Shown piece after piece: positions 53,561 through 63,733 of a stretch of 64,000 bases of DNA (positions are counted from its first letter, which is position 1; every line of letters begins with the position of its first letter). The notes under the pieces were generated by a model that had not been told where the DNA came from, did not search any database, and saw only the letters and a list, made by a program, of their open reading frames with translations. Made by a program: the position numbers and the translations under genes. Origin of the DNA: Paraspadella gotoi (taxonomy: Eukaryota; Animalia; Chaetognatha); assembly GCA_051294375.1 (NCBI GenBank), contig CM119270.1, forward strand, positions 12,765,117 to 12,829,116. Direction: 5' to 3'.

Positions 53561-54383
53561 TAGGTTAAATTTAATTATAATTTTAATTTTGTGATCGAGA
53601 TTGTGTTTGCGATTGAGAGGCGAGACAAAGTGGAAAACGATTTTGTCACGAATAAAAAAATTAATATTATTTAATTAATAAATTAATTAATTAACTATCT
53701 GATCAGCTGCTCATCGCTAATGATCGTGGGCAGATCCGGCATTGTTTGCTCATACTTGTTAAACACTAACGAACGTACGGAACAAGATGAGCGTAAATTG
53801 GCGTCTTGGCGCTTCGTCAAACGTGAAGCGTAAAGCGTCGGTGGCGCCATCCTCTTTCACCCTCACCCACAGTAGATTTTTTCACCCCACCCTCTACACC
53901 GAAAAAAAGCTTTACTTCCTAGTTAGCGATCGAGATTTCCAGTAGAATAAATAAAAAGTAACAAAAAGACGTAAAAAAAAAAAGTTAGAAAACTTTTTTT
54001 TTTTGGCGAAGTTGTGTTCGCTTGTTTTCATTTTTAGTTTTTAACTCGATTTTTTATTTTCATTTCCGAAATTTTCCCCCCTTACCCACCCGCGTTGCCC
54101 ATGATCCTTTGTGGGATATTTTTTACTTTTATTTTTTTTTTTTGGTTTGACGCGTTTTGAACCCTCACACCCCCCCCCGGGCTTTCATTTCTTTAATTCG
54201 TTTAAACGGCTCCTTAATTTCGTCATCGCCAACCGTAACCGGTGATCACACTTAACCGTTCACGACTGTCGACTCTTAACCATTTTGCGTCTCGATCCCT
54301 GGTCAAATCGACAAATCTTTTTCACAATAACAATCCCACGCTCACAATTCACTCGTTCACTGAAAATCGTTTCTTCTCCGAAG

Positions 54384-54749
54384 CAACTGGTTCGACGCCA
54401 ACCGGAAAACTAGAAGAAGAAACTGTTGAGCCGGGGAAAGATCCAGAACCGGAACCAGAGCCGGAACCAGAACCGGAACCAGAGCCGGAACCAGAACCAG
54501 AGCCGGAACCGGAACCGGAACCAGGATCTACTTCTACCGATCCTGGTTCTCCGCCGAACTCTGGGTCTTGGCCTGATTCAAGAACTCCGCCCGACTCGGG
54601 ATCCGGCCCGGATTCCGGTTCTTTGCCCGGACCGGACCCCGACTGCGTTTCCGGCGAATTCCGATGCGACGATGGCACCTGCATCGGCGAAGACAAACAG
54701 TGCGACTACGAAGCCAATTGTCCGGACGAGACGGACGAGAGAGATTGTC
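54384..54749 (+). CDS. Exon with (PE)n repeat, Ser-Gly-rich linker and LDLa repeat
   Basis: ccgaag|...|gtaagt, 366 nt, phase 1-1. Peptide ...PEPEPEPE...DSGSGPDSGSLPGPDPDCVSGEFRCDDGTCIGEDKQCDYEANCPDETDERDC. Confidence 0.92.
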
Positions 54750-55773
54750 GTAAGTCGAAAACGTCGCAGTCAAACAAATGGAATCTCAACGAGAGCTAAT
54801 TCATCGGTTTTCCCCAGTTTTAATATTTAAATATTTAAAGTTTCCAACTAAATGTTAAAGTAGAGAAGAGCGTCCTTTGTTAGTGAATCTTGAAAGAATC
54901 GTTAATAGAAGATGATCGAACCCAAATCATCCCAGTGTCTTTGACATAAACGCAAAACAAATCGTTTTCATGAGTACCACTTCTCTAGTAATTTTACCTG
55001 AGGAAAGTTCACACCAAATCCATAAGCTTTGTCAGAAATCATAGATAACTTTCACACCTGGCACTTAGCAATCTAGGGCCATCAGAAATCAACTCCAAAA
55101 CATTCTCATCTTCAACAATTTACGCCATTTAATTAAGTATTTAGTTAACAGTATAATATTACGCACGCGTCCTCCGCTCGCGCATTTACGCATGACCCCG
55201 AAACAGCGTCCCTCTCCAACGAATTTAATCTACGACAAATATTGTATAAATATATTTATATATACATAAATAAATTGTATAAATTGTAGATATTACTAAA
55301 TAGCCTGGTTTATTGAACCATAAAACTTTCATTTAAATTGTATTCCCCGATTAATTAGAAAAAAGTCACCAACTAACGAATACGCCCCCCCCAAAAAAAA
55401 AAATTTGCGGTGAATTTCTTTATCCTTTTTTTTAGCATCTTGTAGAGTTTGTGTTTTTGTTGGAGAACCGGAAGCATTGTGACGATTGACCTTCCATTGT
55501 ACCCGCAATCAAAATTGTGCCCTTCGTTCGCGATGTAACTCACCCGTCTCCCGATTTCCCGCCATTTAACTTACCTCATCGACGAATCCTCACCTTTCCT
55601 TTGTTTTTGAATTTTTCCCGCGACTCTCTCTCTCTCTATTTCCATTTCCCCTCCGGCCTCCGCCCATTCCCGCTCCCGAATTCCATCGCCACATATTTTG
55701 TCCCCACCGCCGTTCATTCCCCCCATTCGCCACCGCTTCACCCTTCACCCCGCGCCACCCCAACATCGCCCAG

Positions 55774-55960
55774 CCCCCCTCCGCCCCCTACCCTTCCCCC
55801 CATCATCGTTACCCTCCCGCCGCCGACCTTTCCGTCGGCGTGTCCGTCGGGCCAGTCGCCCTGCGGAGACGGGCGGTTTTCAGCGCCGGGCAGCGGTGCG
55901 ACGGGCGGCGACAGTGCGCCACCGGGATCGACGAACTCGGATGCCCGTCGATCTCTGCGG
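55774..55960 (+). CDS. Pro-rich linker + LDLa exon (one frameshift)
   Basis: PPPTLPPIIVTLPPPTFPSACPSGQSPCGDGR, then a frame change to FSAGQRCDGRRQCATGIDELGCPSISA. cccag acceptor; donor reads gcgagt. Confidence 0.75.
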
Positions 55961-56121
55961 GCGAGTTGTTTTTTTTTTTGGGGGGGGGGACGGGAGTGTT
56001 TTGGATGTGTTTTGTGTTTCGTGTCAATTGTTGCGTTGTTTCGAGAAGGGTTAATTCTATAGTTGAGAGGGAGGTGTAGTCGGGCATTGCCTAGGTTCAC
56101 CCTGCCTAGAATCATGACACT

Positions 56122-56375
56122 TTCAGTTGTGGCTCATTGAGTAAAGCCATCAGCTCATGACCACTAGGACCGGGTTCAATCCCAACCCGGTACCTACCCT
56201 GCGGGAAGCGTGAGGACGGCCGTAAGCCGCCTTGGGGCATGGCAAGCCCTCAAGCCTGGTTCCAAGCCCAGGGACCCGTTCCATGGCTGCTAGAGGGGGT
56301 TATAGAAGTTACGGACAGTCATCTTCAGCCCACGTAGCGCCTTATCCACAGAGGTTGGTTCAGAGAGAAAATAAA
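56122..56375 (+). mobile_element. tRNA-derived SINE
   Basis: Box A-like TGGCTCATTGAG at 56130 and box B GGGTTCAATCCC at 56172, with tRNA-like spacing. GC-rich body and A-rich end (gagaaaataaa). Boundaries approximate. Confidence 0.6.
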
Positions 56376-58045
56376 TTGTTTGCCCTCCGAATTTGCTCAG
56401 GATTTGCTTTCTGCGTTGCTGTTTTTCTAACAGATTATGAAGTTGATCCTACTAAATTACTAATAACTCGGAACCCAATTTCCGAAAGGCGGAGAAGCCA
56501 CGTAATTATTTTCGCTCCTCCCCTACTCTAAAATACGCTCGTGACATTTCTTCCCTGTCTTTATGAGGCCAGGATCGAGCTCTCTCGGCTCCTGTTTTTT
56601 GGCCCTGAGTTGAGAAAAAGAAAAGGAGGAATTAATTTTTATGAGTCGCTGATAGAAACGTGCCGTTTCGTTAATGCGTCGCGAGGCTCGTCTTTGGCGA
56701 AAGAACTTGTGGAAACAAGTTGTCTCCATTTTGGTTCCATGGGAGGTTATTTTTAGTTCTCTCGTATTTGTTTTGTTTTGGTTTTATTTGTGGTTTTTTT
56801 TTTCAGACTTGAACCCAAATTTGTTTTGTTATTTCTATTTTTTTACCCAATTGTATTTTCATTTACATTTCACTTTTTTTAAATTGTGTCACTTTGAGAT
56901 AAGAGAATTGTTTTTTTTTGTTTTCACAACGAAGTTTATCGAAAAGAAAAAGCAAATATATACCAATTGTGCCACTATATGGTACGTACTTATTTTCTTC
57001 ATCACCTGTCTCTCTGTTAAGCCAACACTCATCACTATCTCTACGCCAATGTTATTCTCACTGCGCCATCTTTTCTCCTCAAACTGCGCCATCTTAACCC
57101 CAGCCAATCCCTCGATGCGTCAAATCATCATCGAGTCATTGCGCTTCTCATTTCCTCCTTCTTCTTCTTCTCATTTCCTCCTTCTTCTTCTTCTCATTTC
57201 CTCCTTCTTTCCCTCGTTGATGATCTCGTCGTCTATCGTTAAAATTAAGGGGAAAAACAAAAATAATGCTCGATCCTGGCCTTGACGGATATGCCGACGA
57301 CGACGATGACAATGACGACGACGACGACGAAGACGGCGATGTCGACGACGACGACGACGGCAACAACAACAACAACAACTACTGAATAATGACGAAAACG
57401 ATAACGACGTTATAAACAAACAAACCATACGATTTACGGAGAATTACATCATCCAACAAAATTACAACACGACGACGACATGGCGAACGACGTGGACAAC
57501 AACAACGACTAACAACAACTACGACTAACAACGACAACGACTCCTCGATTCTAGGATCGATGGTCGCGCCCGGGCGTTATTTGAACTATGGTTCGTGGTT
57601 AAGGGCGAGGGGCGAGAATGGCTTTCTGCTTCGCTCGCCGATGGACGAGGAGAGAGCGAGAGGAGGCTTGCGGTTGGAGATCCTCAATGGTCTGACACGG
57701 CAGAACGACTCCCCCGCAGCGAATCTCCTTTGGGCAACGACGACGACGACTCTCGACATAAATGACGCGTAATGAAGGAAATAAAAACCTTGACGACTTT
57801 TATTTACTTGTTTTTATTCGCGTTTAATCAACGTTTTATCAAGACTCTATTACAGTTTTATCGGTCGCGGGATTTTTGCTTTTAACTCCATCAATTTCGA
57901 TCCAGGTCTATTTAATTTCTCTCTCTTGTCCCAAAGCCGGTCCCTCTTTTCTCACCTCCAAGGCGCAAATCGAGCTTTTCTCAATTCTCTCTTCACATCC
58001 GAGAAAATAAAAAACGCAAATTCGCCCGCCATAAACAAGTCGAGA

Positions 58046-58106
<61 letters not shown>

Positions 58107-58920
58107 AGAAGAGAGAGAGAGGGAGAGAGAGAGAAGAGAGGGCTAACATTAGAAGTTAGGAAAGTAGAGAAGAGAATAAAAAAGAGAAAAAAAGGCTGAT
58201 TTATTCTTTCGATTTATCATTGGCGAAAGGGGGCGCCACGCCCTTCTCGCCCTCGTTCTTGACGTCGTCGTTGTCATCGTTTCATTTGTTGTCGTCGCCA
58301 TCAGTGGCATTGTCATTGTCGTTTCTGTCATATATATTATGGTGGTTGTTGTTTTCGCCTGTAATGTTCCAAAGGTTTGTTGGGAGGAACCAATTTCAGC
58401 GTCTTTGTCATTCCTGTCATCATTAACAGCTTCGTCGTCGTCATCGTCGTCGTCAGCATCGTCTAGGGACTCTCTGCGAGGATTCATTGTTAGGCGCTGC
58501 ATTGTGAGAGACCATGGGCTCGGTCGTCGTTGTCGCCGTCGCCGTCGCCGCTGACTTGGCCAACAACAAGATCATTAGCGACACAACGTCTTTGAGATTT
58601 ATCACTTTGGGTGCAACGCGAACGAAACAACAAGCATAATTAACAACGACGACGACGACGACAAAAGACCGAGACGTAATCGATAGAAAACAACAACAAC
58701 AACAACAAAGACTTGCAACGTCAACGACTCAACCGTCAGCGAGCGTCTTTTGTTTTCGCCGTCAACTCAGACTTTTGCGTCTTAAAAATGGTAAGTTCAT
58801 TGCTTGACGAAGTCGATGACGACGACGATGTCGAAGACGAAAACGACGACGAAGTCGAAGACGAAAACGACGATATCTTCGACGACGGTGGAGGCGACGA
58901 CAACTCTGACACCGAAAACT

Positions 58921-58953
<33 letters not shown>

Positions 58954-59265
58954 TTGCCCGTTATTGCCGGATGTAAACAAGGGGGAAACCTGTTATTAGG
59001 CAGCGAAGACCTCCAGATGGGACCGTTGAAGAGTCGAGGATGACGATCACGACGGACGAAGATGAAGACGACGACGATGACGACAACGACAATTCCGGGT
59101 TTGTTATTTTAGAAAACGTTTAGTTATTTAAATAAACGCGAAAACAATAACAGCGTATCACACTTAAATTGTGGTTTTTACAAGCTACTACGTAGCTACT
59201 AGTTAAATACTATTTAATGATATTTGCTATATATCTAGTAGTTTTCTAAGTTCATAACTACATAA

Positions 59266-59271
59266 TTTATT
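59266..59271 (-). terminator. Candidate polyadenylation signal AATAAA of the LRR-KEN gene
   Basis: AATAAA on the - strand ~290 nt downstream of the stop codon. The context is AT-rich, so a chance match is possible. Confidence 0.35.
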
Positions 59272-59560
59272 ATCGAAACAAAAAAGGTTGAGTCCTTACT
59301 ACTGTGTTTTTAATTACATGATGAACGAAAAAGTATTGTTTGATGAATTCATTAAAGCGGGAAGCAGAACAATATGGCGACCAAAACAATTGTTTTGTCC
59401 ATTTAAAACTCTATGTAGATTAAAAAAATTAAAAAAAAAAACAACAAAAAAAACACTAAAGTACTCATAATAATAATCTAACAGTCAAACCGCCATGAAA
59501 TTATTAAAGCTAGCAAAGAAATTATTTACATTAGTTTCATTTGAGCCGTCTTCTTCCTTC

Positions 59561-62500
59561 TTATTCTTCTTTTCCTCCATTCTCCACTCCTTCTCTCCCC
59601 TCTTTCTCCTCCTCCTCCTCCCCTCCTCCTCCTCCTCCTCCTCCTCCTCCTCTTTCACGAAGAACTTCAACGCAGAAGGGGTATTTCGAAAAATCCCGCA
59701 ACTCGATGATTTTGTCGCGGAGCCAGACCCCTCGCCCATTGAGCGTGATCGTGAGGTCATTGGGTCGAACTCTTACTCCGTGTTCCCTTTTAAGGCGCTC
59801 AACGTATTTTCCCCTCAACCCTTCGCCCTTTAAGTTCTCGTCAATCTCAAGGAGAAATTGAAATCCTCCGTTGTCCGGGAATCGAGGGGAGCGGACGAGA
59901 CACTGCTTCCTCGAGACGCGAACCTCGGACCCTTCCAAAACTGGATGGTCTCTCCCTTTGCTGTCCTTCTTAAAGATGTCGTTTCCCTGCTCGGTCATCC
60001 CTAGTAGATTCGCTGGCCGAGTTCCTGGCCAGAGACGCTCTACATCTTCCCTTATTCTCTCTATCACGAGGCTCCCATCGATCTTGGTCATGGGTGCGCC
60101 GCTAAAGAATTCCAAGGTTTTCTCCATGTTAACGAAACAGCCTGTGATCGGATCAAAGTTAATAAACGAAACACGAACAGTATTGTTGAGCAGCAGTGGC
60201 TTGAGGCTTCCATCAACGAGTCCTTTTTCAGTCTCTTCGTTGACTAGTTTTAGGAATTCCTCAAAATAAAGGTTTTCCACTACTCGTGAACCATTTTGGA
60301 GTTTTTCATAAAAATATATTGAAAAAAGAAAAATGTAAGGAAATCTTTCGTAAAAATATTGGTACAATTGCTCAGTTGTAGGAGCATCCACTCCAAAAGT
60401 ATTTCTCATGGTTTCCCGTTCTTCTTTACTGTGCGTGTAAATGTTTCTGATGAACCGAATCAGGTCAGCAACTTTTGTTATTCGGTAACCTTTATCTCGT
60501 GACCCAAAGGTATACAATATTCGGTTGTCAAATAGTTTGTTCCATGACCCTTTCCCACCAATAAGCAAAGCGGATTTTTCCTCAATCTCATCCAGACTCT
60601 TGCTTCTTCTCAACCGTAAATCTATTACAATGCTGTTCAAACTGTTTAGCATTTCGAATTTATTTTCAACGGAGAGAAAAGCTGGAGTTTGAAGCGCTTC
60701 TTCGGCGTTCTGTCCTCTGAGGAGAGAACGACTGAGCGCTTTAAATTCCACAACATCACTGTCATTAATCATCACGATAATCTCCCTGACGCATTCAAGA
60801 TCGTATCTGCGGTACCGCTCGCCAGTAGGGCTTTCAGCAACAGCGGTTTCAGAGTCTTCAAAGTTTCCAATTTTTAGAGTCACGCTTTCAAAAGATCCAC
60901 AAAGAAACAAAGAGTCCGAGGACAATCCCAGATGGTAGACGGGTGGTGTCCTTTTGTGGATATATGCAACACCGGTAAGGACCTGCAGGACCAGTTGGCT
61001 TCCATTCAATGTTATCAGACCTGCCCTGGATTTTTCAAGACCCTCTTGAAGGTCGCACAATATTGATTCAATAAAATGAAATCCTTTGAATAAATGTTTG
61101 AAACTAAATTCAATTGAATAGTCACGTAATTGGAGAATGTTGTTTTGGCTCAACATTAGATGGCGCCTTGACTTTTTATTAAAATTAATCACCTTTTTCA
61201 AAGATCCAAGAACTTTTTTTAGATAAGTAGGATATTTTCTTTTCAATCTTAGTATGTTGAAAGAATGTATAACTTTTATTAGAATTAAAAGGCAAACTAA
61301 GAACGAAAAGGTACCTGGGATGTAATACTGTTCAATGTCACAAACTTGAACATACCCATTGAGTGAACGATTTGAAGAGCATTCAAAACCTTCCATTGAC
61401 TGATACTTAATTGCATTCGAGAATAAACGAGCCTGAGAACACTTGTTACAATCCCATTTGTTGTCCTTGGCAATAATTTTAGTATCTTTCATTTTCTGTA
61501 TCTCTAATGGCATTTCCATCAGTTTGTTGTGGGATAGATCGATCGTTTCTACTGAGGGTATCTTCAGAATAGATACTTGAGATGAAAATTGACTAATACT
61601 GTTCTCACTGAGATTCAACGACTTGACCAAAGAAAATCCAAAAATCCTAATATCCCTTAATCTTTCGATTACATTTTTGTTCAAGTCTATGGATATGAAT
61701 GGTTTGACGTTTTTCCGGCGTGATGATACATAAAACAATCTTATATTATTATCACTCGCTTCGATTTGTTGAAACAAATCCGGAGATTTTAGATTCAAGT
61801 CCAAATACAATGTATGCAAATTATTTCCATTCAGCTTAATATGAGCAATCCCGCTGTCAGTGAAAGCGTTAGGCGAAATGAATGTAATACGGTTCCTAGA
61901 AAGATCCAAAAGTTTAGCCGTAAATCCCGAAAATTGTCGGAATTTAATTCTACGAATTTTGTTTTCTGAGAGGTCAAACACGGCGTCGACGCCGTTATTA
62001 CTTAATCCCAGTACTCCTAGCGAGCCCTCCCAGTTATTCCAACGTGCTTGGAATCGAGAGACAATTATTGGAATAACGGATTCGATTTTTCCCTGCAAAG
62101 GCGCAGCGCAGCCCAGTATCGACAATGCTTCCAACTTACGATTGGATCCGAAATAATCGTCAAGCGTCAGAGCGTTCTTGTCAATCACCATGGAAACATT
62201 GTGACAGTAGAATTGTCTCTCTTCTTGAGCTTTACCTAAAAATTGTCGAGAACAGCAGCCAAAACTGATGTCCACGATGTAACTTTTTTTGAAAGATTGT
62301 TCTGGAATCCACCTCAGCGGATTTTGCACCATGGAAAAATGCAGAAGGTGCGTGAGACTATCCATGAGGGCGACATCGATTTGTGAGAAATAGTTATTAT
62401 CTAAGTTCAAGTAGGTTATCGAGTTGAGGGCAGGAAGGGATAAAGTTTTGAGAAAGTTGCCTTCTAAGTTCAAATTCTGCAGCAACGGCAAATTGCTAAA

Positions 62501-63733
62501 GAGAACCTTGTTCAAATTGGTGAGCAGGTTTAAACTTAAATTGACCATTTTAAGTTGTTTAAGGTCAGAGAAGGCATATGGATGGATTTTTTCTATCTTA
62601 TTTTCACTCAGATCCAAGGAATTCAAATAATTTAGACTTTTAAAAGTTGTTCTCTTAATCTGTCTGATGGCATTTTGATTTAATTGTAACCACCCTAATA
62701 CTCGTGTATCACTAAACGACCCATCTGAAATTTGGGCTATACCTAAGTTTTTCAGAGTAAGATGACGAAGCCTCCACAAATTGTCGAGCAGTTTTATATT
62801 GACAGTGACTAATGATTCTCCGGTATCGGTCCAGACTCCCGTTATATTTATCACTTCAACAAAGTTCATATTGTTGAAGAAATTTTCTCGCAAAGTTTGT
62901 ATTCCATGTATTTTTAAAGATTTAATAGTGTTATGTCTGCCGGGCAAAGAGTAAATATTTGTTTTTCCGTGAAAAACAAACTCAACGTATGTGAGGCTGA
63001 AAAAATATGGCAAGGACGGAAATTGGTCAACTTGGACGCCGAACTCAAGCGTCAACTCATTCACCCTCGGAGCCCAAAGAAGAAACTTCGTCGTCCTCAA
63101 CTCATTCCCAATCAGATTGATTTTCAACAACCGAGGCGTGCCTTGAAAAGCCTTGGGCGAAATAGTTCGAATCTGATTCCACCGCGCGTCGAAAAAGTAA
63201 AGCGTTGTCAGATTCGTGAATTGCGTCGTGATTTCCGTGAGGTTGTTGAAATTAATTCTGATCACGCTCAAAGCGGAATGTTTAAAGGCGTCGACGCCGA
63301 TATAGTTGATCGAATTGAGAAGAAAAGAAACCGTTGTGAGTTTAGGAAAATCGAGGAGAAAATCGTTTTCCAGCCTCTCGATCCCGAGATTGTAGAAACT
63401 TATTTCTGAATTAAAGTTGTCCGAGTTTTGATAAAAATCCTTGAGAAAAACTGTTTTATTTTCCCATACGACCCTCGCGTTTGACACGATTGCTCTCGTC
63501 AGGGTCGTGCATCCTTCTTGGGGCGACTGAACCTCCGTGTCTTGCCAGTGAGGATGGAAGACGGTAAAGTTTTTAACATTGAAAACGTCTCCATCGAACC
63601 ACGCGTCAAGTTTGCAGCGGGCTTGGACCCTTTCAAAGTTTAGACTCAGAATGACCGCTATGGAGAGAACGCCGATCATCTGGACAGATCGAGGCGCGGA
63701 ATTATTTGAAAAGGAAAAATATTTTTCTTGCAT
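59561..63733 (-). CDS. Single-pass LRR receptor with cytoplasmic pseudokinase + KEN (RNase L/IRE1-like) ribonuclease domain
   Basis: 1390-aa uninterrupted ORF. Hydrophobic signal-like segment from M19 (MIGVLSIAVILSLNFERVQA). Many LxxLxLxxN repeats (LNSLDLSENKIEKI, LKMVNLSLNLLTNL, LQNLNLEGNFLKTL). LRRCT NKWDCNKC...FECSSNRSLNG...C. TM ~aa 803-825. Kinase C-lobe-like QVLTGVAYIH / YHLGLSSDSLFL / LKIGNFE. KEN motifs ALQTPAFLSVENKF, GSWNK, YRITKVADLIRFIRNIYTH, YFYERFPY. Confidence 0.93.
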   Translation of the reverse strand: MQEKYFSFSNNSAPRSVQMIGVLSIAVILSLNFERVQARCKLDAWFDGDVFNVKNFTVFHPHWQDTEVQSPQEGCTTLTRAIVSNARVVWENKTVFLKDFYQNSDNFNSEISFYNLGIERLENDFLLDFPKLTTVSFLLNSINYIGVDAFKHSALSVIRINFNNLTEITTQFTNLTTLYFFDARWNQIRTISPKAFQGTPRLLKINLIGNELRTTKFLLWAPRVNELTLEFGVQVDQFPSLPYFFSLTYVEFVFHGKTNIYSLPGRHNTIKSLKIHGIQTLRENFFNNMNFVEVINITGVWTDTGESLVTVNIKLLDNLWRLRHLTLKNLGIAQISDGSFSDTRVLGWLQLNQNAIRQIKRTTFKSLNYLNSLDLSENKIEKIHPYAFSDLKQLKMVNLSLNLLTNLNKVLFSNLPLLQNLNLEGNFLKTLSLPALNSITYLNLDNNYFSQIDVALMDSLTHLLHFSMVQNPLRWIPEQSFKKSYIVDISFGCCSRQFLGKAQEERQFYCHNVSMVIDKNALTLDDYFGSNRKLEALSILGCAAPLQGKIESVIPIIVSRFQARWNNWEGSLGVLGLSNNGVDAVFDLSENKIRRIKFRQFSGFTAKLLDLSRNRITFISPNAFTDSGIAHIKLNGNNLHTLYLDLNLKSPDLFQQIEASDNNIRLFYVSSRRKNVKPFISIDLNKNVIERLRDIRIFGFSLVKSLNLSENSISQFSSQVSILKIPSVETIDLSHNKLMEMPLEIQKMKDTKIIAKDNKWDCNKCSQARLFSNAIKYQSMEGFECSSNRSLNGYVQVCDIEQYYIPGTFSFLVCLLILIKVIHSFNILRLKRKYPTYLKKVLGSLKKVINFNKKSRRHLMLSQNNILQLRDYSIEFSFKHLFKGFHFIESILCDLQEGLEKSRAGLITLNGSQLVLQVLTGVAYIHKRTPPVYHLGLSSDSLFLCGSFESVTLKIGNFEDSETAVAESPTGERYRRYDLECVREIIVMINDSDVVEFKALSRSLLRGQNAEEALQTPAFLSVENKFEMLNSLNSIVIDLRLRRSKSLDEIEEKSALLIGGKGSWNKLFDNRILYTFGSRDKGYRITKVADLIRFIRNIYTHSKEERETMRNTFGVDAPTTEQLYQYFYERFPYIFLFSIYFYEKLQNGSRVVENLYFEEFLKLVNEETEKGLVDGSLKPLLLNNTVRVSFINFDPITGCFVNMEKTLEFFSGAPMTKIDGSLVIERIREDVERLWPGTRPANLLGMTEQGNDIFKKDSKGRDHPVLEGSEVRVSRKQCLVRSPRFPDNGGFQFLLEIDENLKGEGLRGKYVERLKREHGVRVRPNDLTITLNGRGVWLRDKIIELRDFSKYPFCVEVLRERGGGGGGGGGGEEEEEKEGREGVENGGKEE
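60295..60700 (-). other. KEN (kinase-extension nuclease) domain
   Basis: DLIRFIRNIYTH aligns with RNase L DLLKFIRNLGEH and IRE1 DLLRAMRNKKHH. YFYERFPYIF aligns with YFQKTFPDLV / YFTSRFPHLL. LQTPAFLSVENKF aligns with LGHPFFWTWESRY. Confidence 0.88.
60690..61170 (-). other. Degenerate protein-kinase-like (pseudokinase) domain
   Basis: NNILQLRDY (subdomain IV-like), FIESILCDLQE (hinge-like), LVLQVLTGVAYIH (alphaE). HRD is replaced by HLG (H934) and DFG by NFE (N957). A short loop is followed by YDLECVREIIVMI, resembling RNase L DLEDLGRLVLYVV. Confidence 0.75.
61330..63620 (-). other. Toll-like leucine-rich repeat ectodomain with juxtamembrane LRRCT cysteine cap
   Basis: Extracellular-type LRRs (xLxxLxLxxNxIxxIxxxxF), many N-x-S/T sequons, and an LRRCT at ~61335-61465. 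Confidence 0.9.

Noticed and set aside
57148-59100. Poly-Asp/Thr/Ser ORFs and a gtaagt donor-like site at 58791
   Set aside because: (GAC/AAC)n microsatellites; no coherent exon or domain.
59561-61260. Calling the gene a conventional Toll, plant-type LRR-RLK or IRE1 orthologue
   Set aside because: No TIR boxes, the kinase catalytic motifs are lost and followed by KEN, and the ectodomain is LRR rather than the IRE1 lumenal domain.
59871-63409. Short + strand ORFs overlapping the LRR-KEN gene
   Set aside because: Antisense shadows of the long coding frame.
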